64,000 nt of DNA from a virus. The translations under genes were made by a program, and so were the position numbers. The stretch spans positions 16,763-80,762 of the IMG/VR virus record IMGVR_UViG_3300033182_000595. One strand, written 5' to 3'. This document shows positions 43,187-54,169 of this stretch, in pieces. The notes beneath the pieces were generated by a model, which was given only the letters and a program-made list of their open reading frames with translations, had not been told where the DNA came from and searched no databases. Position 1 is the first letter of the stretch, and each line of letters begins with the position of its first letter.

Positions 43187-45443
43187 TAAGGACATACTCA
43201 GAAAATTCGGATGCACACAGGAAAGGCTCCGTGAAATATTCACCGCAACCGAAGGAGAAGACCTTTCCACGCGTCAGCATTTTCAAGACATGATTCAATC
43301 AAGGATACTTGAGGGCATTCGTTCATGTGCGGAGCATGCTAAGCTGTATATGTCTGTTGATATGGCATGGGATTCACTGCCTATCAATAAGTCTACCATC
43401 CCTTTATTGCAGTACGCACAGGGTAAAATTAACCTAGATCAGTGCCATGATAAGCTGAACGACTTAGGCGTGGCGGACAAGTTCTGTGAGTATGATGACG
43501 AGGGTGAACTGAAGAACATAAATGCACTTAGATTGTATGAAGTTTCCGTTAATATTATTAGGTCTTATGTTACTCGGCGTGTTGCTGCTCAAGCTAGTCG
43601 ATTCTGTAATCTCTTCCCATACTTCAAGTATGAGCCAAGAAGCACCGCACTCGCAGATAAATTAAGGGCAGATGTCCTATCTCAGCGGGTTGAGATGATG
43701 GCTGAGCAGTTTGGTTATCGCCACCAATTTGAGCAGATTATTAGACATATGTTTATGTATGGTCACTGCGTAGCATTTCCTGAGACTTCATGGACAGAGG
43801 ACATACAATGGAGATATGCAAAAGACGATCTTACTGGAGGGGATGACCTGGAATCTTTTGCAGAGAAAGCGGGAGTTAAGTTTATTACTCCTCACCCAAC
43901 TAGGGTAATTAGGGATATTTCTCAACCACTGCACGATGTAAATAATAACCAAGGTCCCGAGTGGATCGGGTACTGGGATATCGTGAGATACGGGGATATC
44001 AACAAGAATCCAGCAACATGGAACTCTGATAAGATCAGTTTCACCAATAGTTTGTCTTCTATATATAATACATACGCAGACTTCTTTGGATACTATTTCA
44101 AGGATGACATGACCTTCCCCAAGGTGGGGGATATGTTCTCAATGCGTAACGAGCGTGTAGCACAAACAGGATTGTATGCCGCAGAGGACGAGGACAAAGG
44201 TATGTTTGTTACTCAAATGTATATGCGGGTGAATCCAAAGCGGGACAAGCTAGGTGATTACCCACATGATGTTTGGCTTAAACTAACCGTAGCTAGTGAC
44301 GAGACAGTACTCTACGCGGAGTACCTCCCATCGTTGCCAGCCGTATATGGTGGCATAAATGAGAATGATGATCGCATGGCGAATATATCAGTCGCTCATG
44401 AAATCATGCCATACCAAGACCAGTTGACTAATATCTTAAACTCCATGCTCGAGCAGATGAAGATGAGTATGTTCAAGATATTTGCGATCGACCAAGACGC
44501 ACTAGATGACGATGTAAAGGAGTATATCAAGAACGCACTAGCGGACGATAGCTTCTATGCTAAACCAAAAGCGTTATTCTACTCTGGTCAGAAAGCGGCA
44601 GACCTCGGTATCAATAACAATGACTTTATTCGTGTAGTAGATGTACAGAAAGAACTATCCGCAGGGATCAATCAATCGATCCAGGCTATCCTCCAACTGC
44701 TAAATCTCGTTGAGCGTTTGCTGATCCTTTCTCCACAAGAGTTGGGACAGCCCGCTCCTCGGGAGATATCTGCAACAGAGGTAGCAGAGATTGCGAATAC
44801 AACTAATAGTATTTACTCATTTATATCTGAGGGCGTGGACGACATGCGTTCCGCTATGAAAAAGGTACTCTACGAACACTTAGTTAGTTGCTCTTCAGAT
44901 TCATTTATAGTTCCAATCAAGGGTAGGTATTCCGAGCAGATTATTAGAGAAGCTGGATTTGAGGTCGAGACATCTGGTGATCCAACTGCAACCAAAAGAA
45001 ATGTAATTGGTAGACCATCTAGCTTAATATACGAATATTTATTCAGCTCAAGAGATGGAGCAGAGAGAGCAAGAGACACTCAGTCCGCCCAAGTCCTAGG
45101 TCAGATATTCATGCAAATATTACAAGTACCAGACATGGCAAAGTCATTAGGTAAAGAGCGTATATTTAATATGTTCAATGAGATCTTCCGCATGTCGGGG
45201 GCTCACGACCTCAAGTTGGAGATAGATGAAGCTGATGAACAGCAAGATATGTCCAATGTAGGTAACGAGCAATTTATAACACAACTCAGAGAGCAATGGC
45301 CCCAAGTTCTCAAGATGCTGGAAGCTTTAGTCCAAAAGGAAGCACAGGCGCAACAAGGAATGGGACAACCTGGTTCCCGTCCCGCACCTTCGCAACCTGA
45401 GCAACAAGCAATGACATCACCTGAACAACAAGTCCAACTATGA
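43179..45443 (+). CDS. Portal protein (putative)
   Basis: 754 aa after TerL; SATEV motif and Q-rich tail typical of podovirus portals. Confidence 0.7.
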   Translation: MVNKDILRKFGCTQERLREIFTATEGEDLSTRQHFQDMIQSRILEGIRSCAEHAKLYMSVDMAWDSLPINKSTIPLLQYAQGKINLDQCHDKLNDLGVADKFCEYDDEGELKNINALRLYEVSVNIIRSYVTRRVAAQASRFCNLFPYFKYEPRSTALADKLRADVLSQRVEMMAEQFGYRHQFEQIIRHMFMYGHCVAFPETSWTEDIQWRYAKDDLTGGDDLESFAEKAGVKFITPHPTRVIRDISQPLHDVNNNQGPEWIGYWDIVRYGDINKNPATWNSDKISFTNSLSSIYNTYADFFGYYFKDDMTFPKVGDMFSMRNERVAQTGLYAAEDEDKGMFVTQMYMRVNPKRDKLGDYPHDVWLKLTVASDETVLYAEYLPSLPAVYGGINENDDRMANISVAHEIMPYQDQLTNILNSMLEQMKMSMFKIFAIDQDALDDDVKEYIKNALADDSFYAKPKALFYSGQKAADLGINNNDFIRVVDVQKELSAGINQSIQAILQLLNLVERLLILSPQELGQPAPREISATEVAEIANTTNSIYSFISEGVDDMRSAMKKVLYEHLVSCSSDSFIVPIKGRYSEQIIREAGFEVETSGDPTATKRNVIGRPSSLIYEYLFSSRDGAERARDTQSAQVLGQIFMQILQVPDMAKSLGKERIFNMFNEIFRMSGAHDLKLEIDEADEQQDMSNVGNEQFITQLREQWPQVLKMLEALVQKEAQAQQGMGQPGSRPAPSQPEQQAMTSPEQQVQL

Positions 45444-46810
45444 GCGAAGAAGAAACCGCAACAGAACAAGTAGAAACAACTGAGGAAGCACCAAAGCAGG
45501 AGCAGTCCAATCCATTATACAAGACCCTCTTCGATATCGCAGAGGAAGTAACTGAAGAGGTTCAAGAGGAGGAGCAAAAGGCTCCTATAAGAAATTTATC
45601 AGAAGCAGTAGAGGCGGAAGAACCTGTACAGGAAGCTGTACAAGAAGAGACTGAGCCGGAAGCGGTAGAGCCTGAAAAAACAGAACCTAAGAAAAAGAAG
45701 CTACGCAAAGTAGTAGACCCGGATGTACCAGAAGCAGTAAAGAAGCAACCAGCCTTTCAAGAGCAAGAAGTAGAGGATCACTATATAGATACAGAGGATC
45801 AAGAGTTTATGGACTCATTGATTCCTGAAGAAAAGGTAGTGTACGAAAAAATTCTGTATGCCGACAAGAAACTGGGAGGGGAGTACAAAGGTAAGTCCAA
45901 GCAGTTCAGATCGTTCCTTCAAAAGAGCAAGGACTATATAGAGAAAAAGATGTCAGAGGATGACTTCTATGATCCTTCTCAGGACGAAGACTATACCAAT
46001 TTTATTAAAAAGAATCGCCCAAGCTTTAGTCGGGCTGATGAAGATAAGGCATACCGTGAGATGATTCTGGAGGAGGCTGAAAAGCGAACAATCAGAAAGA
46101 CATCAGATCGTATCGCAAACCTGGAGAGACAGTTACAGAGGTATGAAGTGCAACCAAAGGTGCAACAAGCAAAAGCTAATTTCCGTAAGGTAGCACAGAA
46201 TACGATAATACCCGACGAATACAAAAAGATGCTAGGGGAGGGCAAGCAGGAGGATATCCAGAAGTTTGCACAGGAAAATCCATTTGAGTACAAAATACTT
46301 GAGAACTTCACTCAGCAGTTACTCACATATAGTGATGCACTAACTGATATATTCCTAGATCCTAGCACGCAATTAGACCTGGAGAATAATCCTATTCATC
46401 AAGAATTAAATCAGTGGATAGAAAAGGAGCAGGAATCATTTATACAATCTGGACAAACCGAAGAAGATGGTAAGTTGTTCATGAGAAGAGAGAGGTACTA
46501 CTCCCTACCGGAAAACAAAAGGTCTGAGTACTATACTTGGTCAGATAATGATATCATGAAGATTCTAGCAATCAGATATCAGAATATAGTAAATAATGCT
46601 TTAGACCAACAAAAGAAACAGATGGAAGCGGCGGGTTACACAAAGGCACAAGTTGCGCAACAACCTGCCCCACAACAACCTAGACCAGTTTCTCAGCCAC
46701 AACCTAAGCCACCTTCTGTATCTGCAACTCCCAGGCAAGGCAACACAGTAGATGCTAAGCCAGCTAGTCCTAAACAACAAAATGCACTGCTTGGTGCGTT
46801 AGGTTTGTAG
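45440..46810 (+). CDS. Capsid scaffolding protein (putative)
   Basis: Acidic and helical, between portal and capsid, with a P/Q-rich C-terminus. Confidence 0.6.
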   Translation: MSEEETATEQVETTEEAPKQEQSNPLYKTLFDIAEEVTEEVQEEEQKAPIRNLSEAVEAEEPVQEAVQEETEPEAVEPEKTEPKKKKLRKVVDPDVPEAVKKQPAFQEQEVEDHYIDTEDQEFMDSLIPEEKVVYEKILYADKKLGGEYKGKSKQFRSFLQKSKDYIEKKMSEDDFYDPSQDEDYTNFIKKNRPSFSRADEDKAYREMILEEAEKRTIRKTSDRIANLERQLQRYEVQPKVQQAKANFRKVAQNTIIPDEYKKMLGEGKQEDIQKFAQENPFEYKILENFTQQLLTYSDALTDIFLDPSTQLDLENNPIHQELNQWIEKEQESFIQSGQTEEDGKLFMRRERYYSLPENKRSEYYTWSDNDIMKILAIRYQNIVNNALDQQKKQMEAAGYTKAQVAQQPAPQQPRPVSQPQPKPPSVSATPRQGNTVDAKPASPKQQNALLGALGL

Positions 46811-46929
46811 ATCCCAAAACATAGTTTTAGCTTTTTCGGTAAGAGTATAGCAAAACCCCAATATTGGGGAAATTTGCAAAAAAATCGTAGGTTCAATGAT
46901 TTAGGAGTCTTTTCTGTTATTATTAAGGT

Positions 46930-46951
46930 GTAACACGAAATTTCGTATAAC
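46930..46951 (+). promoter_or_regulatory. Operator-like motif upstream of the capsid gene
   Basis: GTAAC-acgaaatttcgt-ATAAC. Confidence 0.65.
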
Positions 46952-46968
46952 ACATAATCAATAATAAC

Positions 46969-48843
46969 ATGGCAACGACAGATCAAAATATAGCTGCGGT
47001 ACCTACCGCAATCTCTGGACCAACCGGTGGATTATCCAACTCAACTCTCATTAGAGATGCTGGCGTAGGTCGCATCATTAAAGTTGATGATTCTACTGGT
47101 TGTACACTTACTAACGCCTCCATTAAGGGTTTAACCCCTGCGGAATTTGAAGCTCTTTCCAATAAGGAAATTGACTTAGCTCGCGTCATCGCAAGCTCTG
47201 CCGAAGCAAAAATGCTCGGTGTCCGCGAAAGAGGATTAGTCGACCTTCTTAACAGCTCGATCACAAACATTAAGCCTTTAATCAATAAGGTAAACATTTC
47301 CGAGCAGTCCATCATTCTTCCATACATCCAACGCCGTCAGCGTTCCGTAATCAACAGTGGTTACTTCGCAATTCGTAGCGGTAAGATTGCTGATGGGAAC
47401 TCCCCAATCTCTGCTGGTTTTGACCGCAAGGGTGGAGACTATGAAGTAACCGTAAATATGGGTGCTTCTGACTGGGCTACTCCAATCGACCACATCGAGC
47501 GTTACTTCCTTACTGGAGGTTTTGTTATCGTTAATCACTGGAGCGGAACCGATCCAATCGAAGTACAATTCCAAATCATTGGTGCTACTAATGCCGACGA
47601 TGCTACTAATAAGCTTTCCCAAGCTAAAGTAACCCTTCGTCCGATTGGTAAGCAAATCTCTGCTACTGGATACACAGATGCCGAGTGGACTGCTCTTGAT
47701 GCAGACTTCAAGGCTCAGTACGCTCCTTCCTATGGTGTTGTACAGACCGTCGCCAACAATGTTAACGACTTCGAAGAATGGTGCAGAAATCAACCAACCG
47801 ACCTCAGCGTTAAGTTGATCGTCAACTGGTTGCAAACCACTCGTGAGTCCCGCACGATTGACCAAACCTATCGTGAAACATTGCAGAAAATCATGAACGG
47901 GGATGTCAACAGCTACCTCAAATCCATGGTTTACACTCCTCTTGCTGAGCAAAACAAAATTGCCGCTCAAGCATCCCAGGAGCAATGGTTGCGTGCTACT
48001 TGGTTCAATCAACCAATCAATGCCGCTCAAACTCCTGAGACTTACATGCAACTTCCTGCGGTCACCGACCCAGAAGATGACACTTGTACGCTCGAGTACA
48101 AATCCAACGCACTTGGTATTAAGGCTCTCTTGGCTGAGTCCAATCGTGTGGTCAACAAAGCTGGTGGTGTTTACACCGTAGAGGATCTCCAAAAGGATAT
48201 CTACTACTTGAAACGCAACCGCGAGCAAGACGGATCCAACATCAGCGTTGTTGATGTAATGACCGACCGCTTCACCTACAACAAGCTTTTCGAAGTATTT
48301 AATCAGTACTACAAAGCTCGTTACGGATGGGGACTTGATCGCAATGCTCAAATCAACCAGCAAATCACTCACAATGGCATCTTGTTGTTCAACTACTCGA
48401 TGTTCGATTTGCCAGAGGTTGGATGTCAGCTTGCTGTATTCCACGACCCTTACTTTGATGACCTCATCAATCACCAGGCTCCATTGTTCGGTGCTACTCT
48501 TGATCCCGATGGTGACAAGGTAATCAACAAGGACGGTGAGCGTTCCGCAATCGCCGCTAATTCCGGTGGGCACGCAAACTACTCAAAGGTTATGCGCTCC
48601 ATGTGGTTCGTTGATTGGTCTGATGTAAAAATCGGTATCGCTGGAACCAACTCCATCACACGCAAGCAACCACATCCCGAAACGGATCGCTTGTACAAAT
48701 GTCGTATGGCTCACAAGGAAACTGAGTACTCACTCCGTTCCACCAAGTGGACCACCATGATGGATGTTCCTGCTCGTCACTTGATCGTTGAAAACTTCGA
48801 TGCTAATTCCGCAGTTGCCAACTGGTCTGACTACATCTCTTAA
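46969..48843 (+). CDS. Major capsid protein (putative, large)
   Basis: Follows the scaffold, has high-expression codon bias, and is followed by a strong terminator. Confidence 0.65.
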   Translation: MATTDQNIAAVPTAISGPTGGLSNSTLIRDAGVGRIIKVDDSTGCTLTNASIKGLTPAEFEALSNKEIDLARVIASSAEAKMLGVRERGLVDLLNSSITNIKPLINKVNISEQSIILPYIQRRQRSVINSGYFAIRSGKIADGNSPISAGFDRKGGDYEVTVNMGASDWATPIDHIERYFLTGGFVIVNHWSGTDPIEVQFQIIGATNADDATNKLSQAKVTLRPIGKQISATGYTDAEWTALDADFKAQYAPSYGVVQTVANNVNDFEEWCRNQPTDLSVKLIVNWLQTTRESRTIDQTYRETLQKIMNGDVNSYLKSMVYTPLAEQNKIAAQASQEQWLRATWFNQPINAAQTPETYMQLPAVTDPEDDTCTLEYKSNALGIKALLAESNRVVNKAGGVYTVEDLQKDIYYLKRNREQDGSNISVVDVMTDRFTYNKLFEVFNQYYKARYGWGLDRNAQINQQITHNGILLFNYSMFDLPEVGCQLAVFHDPYFDDLINHQAPLFGATLDPDGDKVINKDGERSAIAANSGGHANYSKVMRSMWFVDWSDVKIGIAGTNSITRKQPHPETDRLYKCRMAHKETEYSLRSTKWTTMMDVPARHLIVENFDANSAVANWSDYIS

Positions 48844-48856
48844 TTAACTCCTTAAC

Positions 48857-48904
48857 ACCTCATTCCTCTCCTCTGCGAAACAGGGGAGAGGGTGGGGTTT
48901 TTTT
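48857..48904 (+). terminator. Rho-independent terminator after the capsid gene
   Basis: Long stem CCTCTCCTCTG...CAGGGGAGAGG followed by a T run. Confidence 0.75.
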
Positions 48905-48906
48905 AT

Positions 48907-49269
48907 ATGAAATACATTTTATTCAAACGAGTACCCTACGACTACGGGGCTGAGTTTCAAAGATTTACTAACGGAGTTGTTAAGCGTGGCATTGGTGCGT
49001 ATGACGACAAGGATGCTAAAATCCTATTAAAACTTCACAAAGACCTGGTCGAAGAGATATCTGAAGAAAGATATGAGGAGCTAAAAAAAAAGCTGAATCT
49101 TCCGCCGACGAGTTTTCGAGTTTTCGCGACGCAACCCCAAGATCCCGCGCGCAATCCGGATGCAGTGTATGCAGACAAAGAAAGCAACCAATCAGTATCG
49201 TCTGACGCGGAAGATTTACTAGAAGTAGAAGAAGTTGTTGTAGAAGATCCATTGGAAGGAACTGAGTAA
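48907..49269 (+). CDS. Hypothetical protein
   Basis: Post-capsid ORF. Confidence 0.5.
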   Translation: MKYILFKRVPYDYGAEFQRFTNGVVKRGIGAYDDKDAKILLKLHKDLVEEISEERYEELKKKLNLPPTSFRVFATQPQDPARNPDAVYADKESNQSVSSDAEDLLEVEEVVVEDPLEGTE

Positions 49270-49430
49270 TGGACAAGAACTCCATGGTTGGCATGGCTGG
49301 CACTTTCGCCACCTTTACCTTGGATACTGTTCATCTTATCTCTGCTACAATTTGCGCCGTATTGACGGCTATACATCTTAGTGTTACACTATACCAAAAG
49401 CTGAAGGGTAAGAATGACAAATCTAAATAA
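49269..49430 (+). CDS. Small membrane protein, possible holin (53 aa)
   Basis: Hydrophobic segments with a Lys-rich C-terminus; TAATG overlap. Confidence 0.45.
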   Translation: MDKNSMVGMAGTFATFTLDTVHLISATICAVLTAIHLSVTLYQKLKGKNDKSK

Positions 49431-50862
49431 CACAGGCACATTTGCAGTAACTACAAATGAGAATTACAATACTCTTCCGTCTGTTAAAGCAAAGTCATTC
49501 CGCGTATCAAACTTTAGTGGCAAAGTTGTTGGTGTCCGCAGAAGGCATAAGTCATTACTTGTAGATGATTTTAACGATGTAGATTTCACTGAGTGGACTG
49601 GTGATATAGGTTATGAGTCTAGTGAATTGGAGGGAACTGGTGCCGCTAAAGTAACAGGAACCGCATACAGGCCATTCACTAGGCAAATTGTTGCCGATGG
49701 AGCAGAAGTTGATTTCCAGATAAGAACACCCGGGTTATCACCTTACCAAATAAAGTTCTCTGTAATTGATAAACCCGAGAGACTAGGATTAACGCCAGCT
49801 GGTTCATTAACAGTCAGTGACAATAACACTCAAAGTAACACGAAATATATTGTTACAATTAGGCTAAATCCATCTACCAATACATACGAGGCATTCCTCA
49901 AACTAGATGATGAGGTCGTGTTATCTGAGTCTGGTGATGGTGTATTTTGGTCTAACAACTACCAATTCGATAGATTATTTGCTTTCGGAAATAGTTATAC
50001 CGACTCAGGTAATTATCCAGATGAATACTGGGAAGATAAGGAGAATGTATGGGTGCAGTATTTAGCAGAGTCCTTATCCTTACCACTTACTTCCTCTGGG
50101 GTAGGGGGAACAAATTATGCGTATGGTGGAGCAAAACTAACACAGACATATACTCAAGGAGCTGAACCTTTTCTTACTATTCCATCAATAGAATCGCAAA
50201 TACAGTCAGCGCCTCTATTTTCACCAACTGACCTGGTTGCATTTTTTGGTGGAGGAAATGATTACCTTGGTGACGGTGCGGACGCTAATTACATATCTAG
50301 CGGAATCCAATCAAACCTAGAATTACTTATAAGCAAGGGGGCAAAAAATATAGTTTTACTAAATATGGTAAATCTATTGACCATGCCTGCTGTAACTGAT
50401 GCAAGCGCACAACAGATAGCACAAGATGTAAATACTCAGATTAACGATGTTATCGTCCCTGGTCTTTTGGCTAATTCAGATGTATCAATTTATACAGTAG
50501 ATTTATATACAATAGTCGATAGCATAGTCGCAGACCCCACCAGTTATGGCATAGAGGGAAATCCGTTTTATGACGATGTTCACCTAGTTGAAGAAGTTCA
50601 TAAGGTTATATCCGATAATGCCTACAGCTTACTACCTAAGTCACCACTTATTGCCATAGAAGCAGGAACAAGTGTCGTAGTTGATCCAATTATATACAAG
50701 CAAAAGGTAGACTATTCGGTTGAGCATATTGGCCATGGAGGAACATTTGTTTACCCATGCAAGAATCTATCCGAGTATGAAATAGTAAACCTTGGTAGTG
50801 ATGCCATGAATTACTCTGATAATACCCAGACAATATCAGTAAGTGGATTCTATGTCGGATGA
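49414..50862 (+). CDS. Virion-region protein containing an SGNH/GDSL esterase domain
   Basis: FGNSYTDSGN, NYAYGGA, GGNDY and DDVH blocks. Confidence 0.75.
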   Translation: MTNLNNTGTFAVTTNENYNTLPSVKAKSFRVSNFSGKVVGVRRRHKSLLVDDFNDVDFTEWTGDIGYESSELEGTGAAKVTGTAYRPFTRQIVADGAEVDFQIRTPGLSPYQIKFSVIDKPERLGLTPAGSLTVSDNNTQSNTKYIVTIRLNPSTNTYEAFLKLDDEVVLSESGDGVFWSNNYQFDRLFAFGNSYTDSGNYPDEYWEDKENVWVQYLAESLSLPLTSSGVGGTNYAYGGAKLTQTYTQGAEPFLTIPSIESQIQSAPLFSPTDLVAFFGGGNDYLGDGADANYISSGIQSNLELLISKGAKNIVLLNMVNLLTMPAVTDASAQQIAQDVNTQINDVIVPGLLANSDVSIYTVDLYTIVDSIVADPTSYGIEGNPFYDDVHLVEEVHKVISDNAYSLLPKSPLIAIEAGTSVVVDPIIYKQKVDYSVEHIGHGGTFVYPCKNLSEYEIVNLGSDAMNYSDNTQTISVSGFYVG

Positions 50863-51607
50863 ACTCACAGCAGGGTATCAACCAGCCCATCAATTTATTA
50901 GTTTTGTAGAAGGTTCAGCGTCTACACCACCTGATGAATCATCTTATCCGCTCCAAGTACTAGGTGCTGATCATAATCTTAATTACCTAGATGGGGGTGA
51001 TCCGGGCGAGGGTTTTTCGCCATGGGTTACTGATATCTTAGTTTACCCTTCTAGCGAGTACTGGGAAGGCTTGCTCGATGGAGACAAGGTAAGACCGTAC
51101 TTTGATCTAAGTATATCTCAGTACAACACACTCAGGATACCTTCTGCTGTACATGACTATAATCTATATGTTGATGATGCTATTATATACGGCAACCTTC
51201 GGGTTGATGGTCAGACTGAACTAACGGGAGAGATACAATTCTCCGGAAGTGTCACTGCTTCGGAGGTCGTAAGTAATGATGGATCGTTTAGTATAAAACC
51301 TGAAGGTATTCGGGGTGTCGCGCGAACAAAAGCACCCATATTAACAGTTGATTCAGACTTTGAGTTTGATCCAGTAAATACAGGAACCATATACCACTCG
51401 GAGCCAGTTGGTGGATATCTTACGATCTCCTTGCCGACCACTGCGGAAGATGGTGTGACTTTTACTGTAGTAAATACACTTGAGGGTAAAACCACACTCA
51501 TACCAGACTTAGTTCGGGCTCGTGGAAATATACTATCCGAGCAATATTCTAGTGCCACCATATATCGCGCTGGGGAAGCATGGTATGGATTTGGAGATTT
51601 CGCATGA
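50852..51607 (+). CDS. Putative tail/structural protein
   Basis: T.SLP..A.DG..F.V and W...GD pattern of fibre-tip domains. Confidence 0.5.
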   Translation: MSDELTAGYQPAHQFISFVEGSASTPPDESSYPLQVLGADHNLNYLDGGDPGEGFSPWVTDILVYPSSEYWEGLLDGDKVRPYFDLSISQYNTLRIPSAVHDYNLYVDDAIIYGNLRVDGQTELTGEIQFSGSVTASEVVSNDGSFSIKPEGIRGVARTKAPILTVDSDFEFDPVNTGTIYHSEPVGGYLTISLPTTAEDGVTFTVVNTLEGKTTLIPDLVRARGNILSEQYSSATIYRAGEAWYGFGDFA

Positions 51608-52356
51608 TATATCCAGTAAAAAGCGAGGTTGAGAGGAAGCTTCCATGTGATGCTATGCATGCAATATTTGCATACTCATTAAGAAGGAAGCTAAGAAGGC
51701 AGTATAAGGGGCAGTACTTTAGGTTCGTAAACGATGGTGTATTTTACGACTACCCAAACTCTGACTTAATTGATGGGTCTAAACTTTGGTATATTTATGA
51801 CCAGAAGGTAAAGCATGATGTAGCTCAAATGAATGCCACCCAGGACGACCCCGATAAGAGACCAACATTATACAACTCTGAAGATGGGCCTTATGCCCAG
51901 TTTGAGTTGGGGCAGTATTTAGACATTGAGGGTATTGGATCATACATGAATGAGGACTTCACGATTACAGCTATAGGTAGTGGTGATGCCCCTAGACCAA
52001 TGATTGGGATATGGGGAAGTAATGTATTAACGGTTGAGCCAGGACCAGTGAGCAGATTCCGATTTAATGACAATCATGGATCAATTAGTCAGTCGGCTAA
52101 TAATAAGATAAACCAGTATTTCTCGGGACTCGATGAGTCACAAAACGGGAACAGGGTATTATCAATGAATAGTGACGCAGGAGGATCAGGGCAAATAGTC
52201 AAGGGTGATATTGGGACTGACTTTCTACATGCTTCTATAGGCAGGCAAGGGGATCGTCTATTTAAGGGAACATTTATTGAGGCAACATTGCACAACGGAG
52301 AATTAACAAAACTTGGATCTCAAAAACTTTGGGAGGAAGCCAAATCAGTATATTAA
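51604..52356 (+). CDS. Putative tail protein with a lectin/LamG-like domain
   Basis: AYSLR.L...Y.G, WY.YDQ......A.Q.....RP, F.G...E. Confidence 0.5.
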   Translation: MIYPVKSEVERKLPCDAMHAIFAYSLRRKLRRQYKGQYFRFVNDGVFYDYPNSDLIDGSKLWYIYDQKVKHDVAQMNATQDDPDKRPTLYNSEDGPYAQFELGQYLDIEGIGSYMNEDFTITAIGSGDAPRPMIGIWGSNVLTVEPGPVSRFRFNDNHGSISQSANNKINQYFSGLDESQNGNRVLSMNSDAGGSGQIVKGDIGTDFLHASIGRQGDRLFKGTFIEATLHNGELTKLGSQKLWEEAKSVY

Positions 52357-52357
52357 A

Positions 52358-54169
52358 ATGAGCACTACTACTCAGAAGCTAAATAGTAATTATCCTGAAT
52401 TTTCAGCAAATGATCTAACATCAACGCAAAAGGTTATCACCTTGCGTTCATCACCATATCAGTACGAGGATCCACTGAGCTGGGCTGAACTGGATAACAA
52501 CTTTGAGTTACTCAGGTACTCTATAAACAGCTTGGTGGATGATGTTCAAACAACATTTTCCGAGTTGAATTACGATGACGCGATAGCAAACCTTGATACT
52601 AAAATAACCGTTATTGAAAACCAGGTACTTGACTCAAGGGTTTCAGCTTTAGAAAACATTGATGCCGAGAGCCGACTAAATAGCATAGAGGGCGTAGACT
52701 TAGGTAATAAAATACCAGAGATAGAGCAGTCTATAATAGATGGCGATAATCTTGTAAGGGGAGAGTTTCAGGAGGCTGACCATTTAATAAGAACCAGAGT
52801 AGAAACGCTTGAGGGTTTTGATATAAATAATTACTCCGTAAGAATTGGAGAGTTAGAAAATTACACTACCAATATTCATCCTGCTGAGCATACAGTAATA
52901 AATGAAAATATTTCCTCACTTCAGACTAGCATTGATACCCTTGAGCAACAAATAGCAAACATAGACCTTAGTGCTGATGTAGAAATAGGTGCGTATCTTC
53001 ATAATCCAGTTGTTGTTACCTATGATGAGCTAATAACAAATCTACAGGAACCCTCATCGGTTATAATATCTGAAGACGCGGATTTTAATTTTGCATCTAA
53101 TGCAGAAGCGATAATACCAAATGTAAGTGAAGACAGGATAATATTTGATTACTCAAGAAATGCTCTGCGTGTTTATGACTTTAATCCATCTGTGCCAAGC
53201 GTAAGCTCAGATGACCGACATACTCTTCAATTACAAAGGCATACAGACAGAGGAACTTTCGGAGCAGCTAACACACCTGTTGGTGTATCGGGTCAAGTGA
53301 ACTGTGCTTTAAATGCAAAATCTATAGTTGGACCGAATGTACTTAGCAATGAGTGGGCTATTCTAGGAGTAGTTGAGAATTTCCCTGATAAAAATAATAC
53401 ATTTGCCCACGCAGAGTCAGAGCATGTAGGTGGATATTTCCAGGGAAAGAGACATGGCTCTGGGGGTAAGACATGGGGGGCTACTATTGAAGCGTGGGAT
53501 TTAGCGGATACATATGACGATGTTCAACATGGTTCATGCGTAACTGTTGAATTAGATATGACCGCAAACTTTGATGCGGGTGCCAATCGTGTTATTGTTG
53601 ATGGTGTATTAAGAAAAACAAACGAAGAGCTGGATAGACCTGGAATTATAGCCGGGATGAGGCTACGGGATAACCACGAGAATGGAAGTGGTGGTTTTTT
53701 CTACAATGGTTATGAGTTTAAGGGGGCAGTAAAATACAGTGCTTTTAGTGCGGAGATAGTAGGGGATAACTCAGATGATGGATCAACCCCTTGGGGAAAT
53801 GCGGCTTTTCGCGCACTTGGCACAACATACGCACATTTTCAATCGCAGGGCACACCCACATTCTCATTCAGGGATGTATCAAATGCGGCAGTTGGTATTG
53901 GTCTTGATGAAGCAACTTACAGTAATTGTGCCATTAGGCTTGGTACAAATCAGCGCGTAGTGCTAGATGGAAGCGGGATCGTTTCATTTTCATACAATGG
54001 TGCATCAATTAAATTTAATGGGGCTCCAGTCGAAACAACATATATGAAACCAAGTGGTGATTCCAGTAACCCACTAGAGGTCTATGTTAATAATGGGTGG
54101 AAGAAAGTTGAGGTCGGTCCTGCAGATAGTGGCGGGGCAGGTTATAGGTCATTAAGGGTACTCAACTGA
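52358..54169 (+). CDS. Tail fibre/spike protein
   Basis: PLSW.ELDNNF anchor, coiled coil, beta-rich body, GPADSGGAGYR.LRV.N end. Confidence 0.65.
   Translation: MSTTTQKLNSNYPEFSANDLTSTQKVITLRSSPYQYEDPLSWAELDNNFELLRYSINSLVDDVQTTFSELNYDDAIANLDTKITVIENQVLDSRVSALENIDAESRLNSIEGVDLGNKIPEIEQSIIDGDNLVRGEFQEADHLIRTRVETLEGFDINNYSVRIGELENYTTNIHPAEHTVINENISSLQTSIDTLEQQIANIDLSADVEIGAYLHNPVVVTYDELITNLQEPSSVIISEDADFNFASNAEAIIPNVSEDRIIFDYSRNALRVYDFNPSVPSVSSDDRHTLQLQRHTDRGTFGAANTPVGVSGQVNCALNAKSIVGPNVLSNEWAILGVVENFPDKNNTFAHAESEHVGGYFQGKRHGSGGKTWGATIEAWDLADTYDDVQHGSCVTVELDMTANFDAGANRVIVDGVLRKTNEELDRPGIIAGMRLRDNHENGSGGFFYNGYEFKGAVKYSAFSAEIVGDNSDDGSTPWGNAAFRALGTTYAHFQSQGTPTFSFRDVSNAAVGIGLDEATYSNCAIRLGTNQRVVLDGSGIVSFSYNGASIKFNGAPVETTYMKPSGDSSNPLEVYVNNGWKKVEVGPADSGGAGYRSLRVLN

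Noticed and set aside
47278-48573. 431-aa antisense ORF inside the capsid gene
   Set aside because: Likely a shadow frame from the strong codon bias of the capsid gene; no RBS or recognisable motifs.
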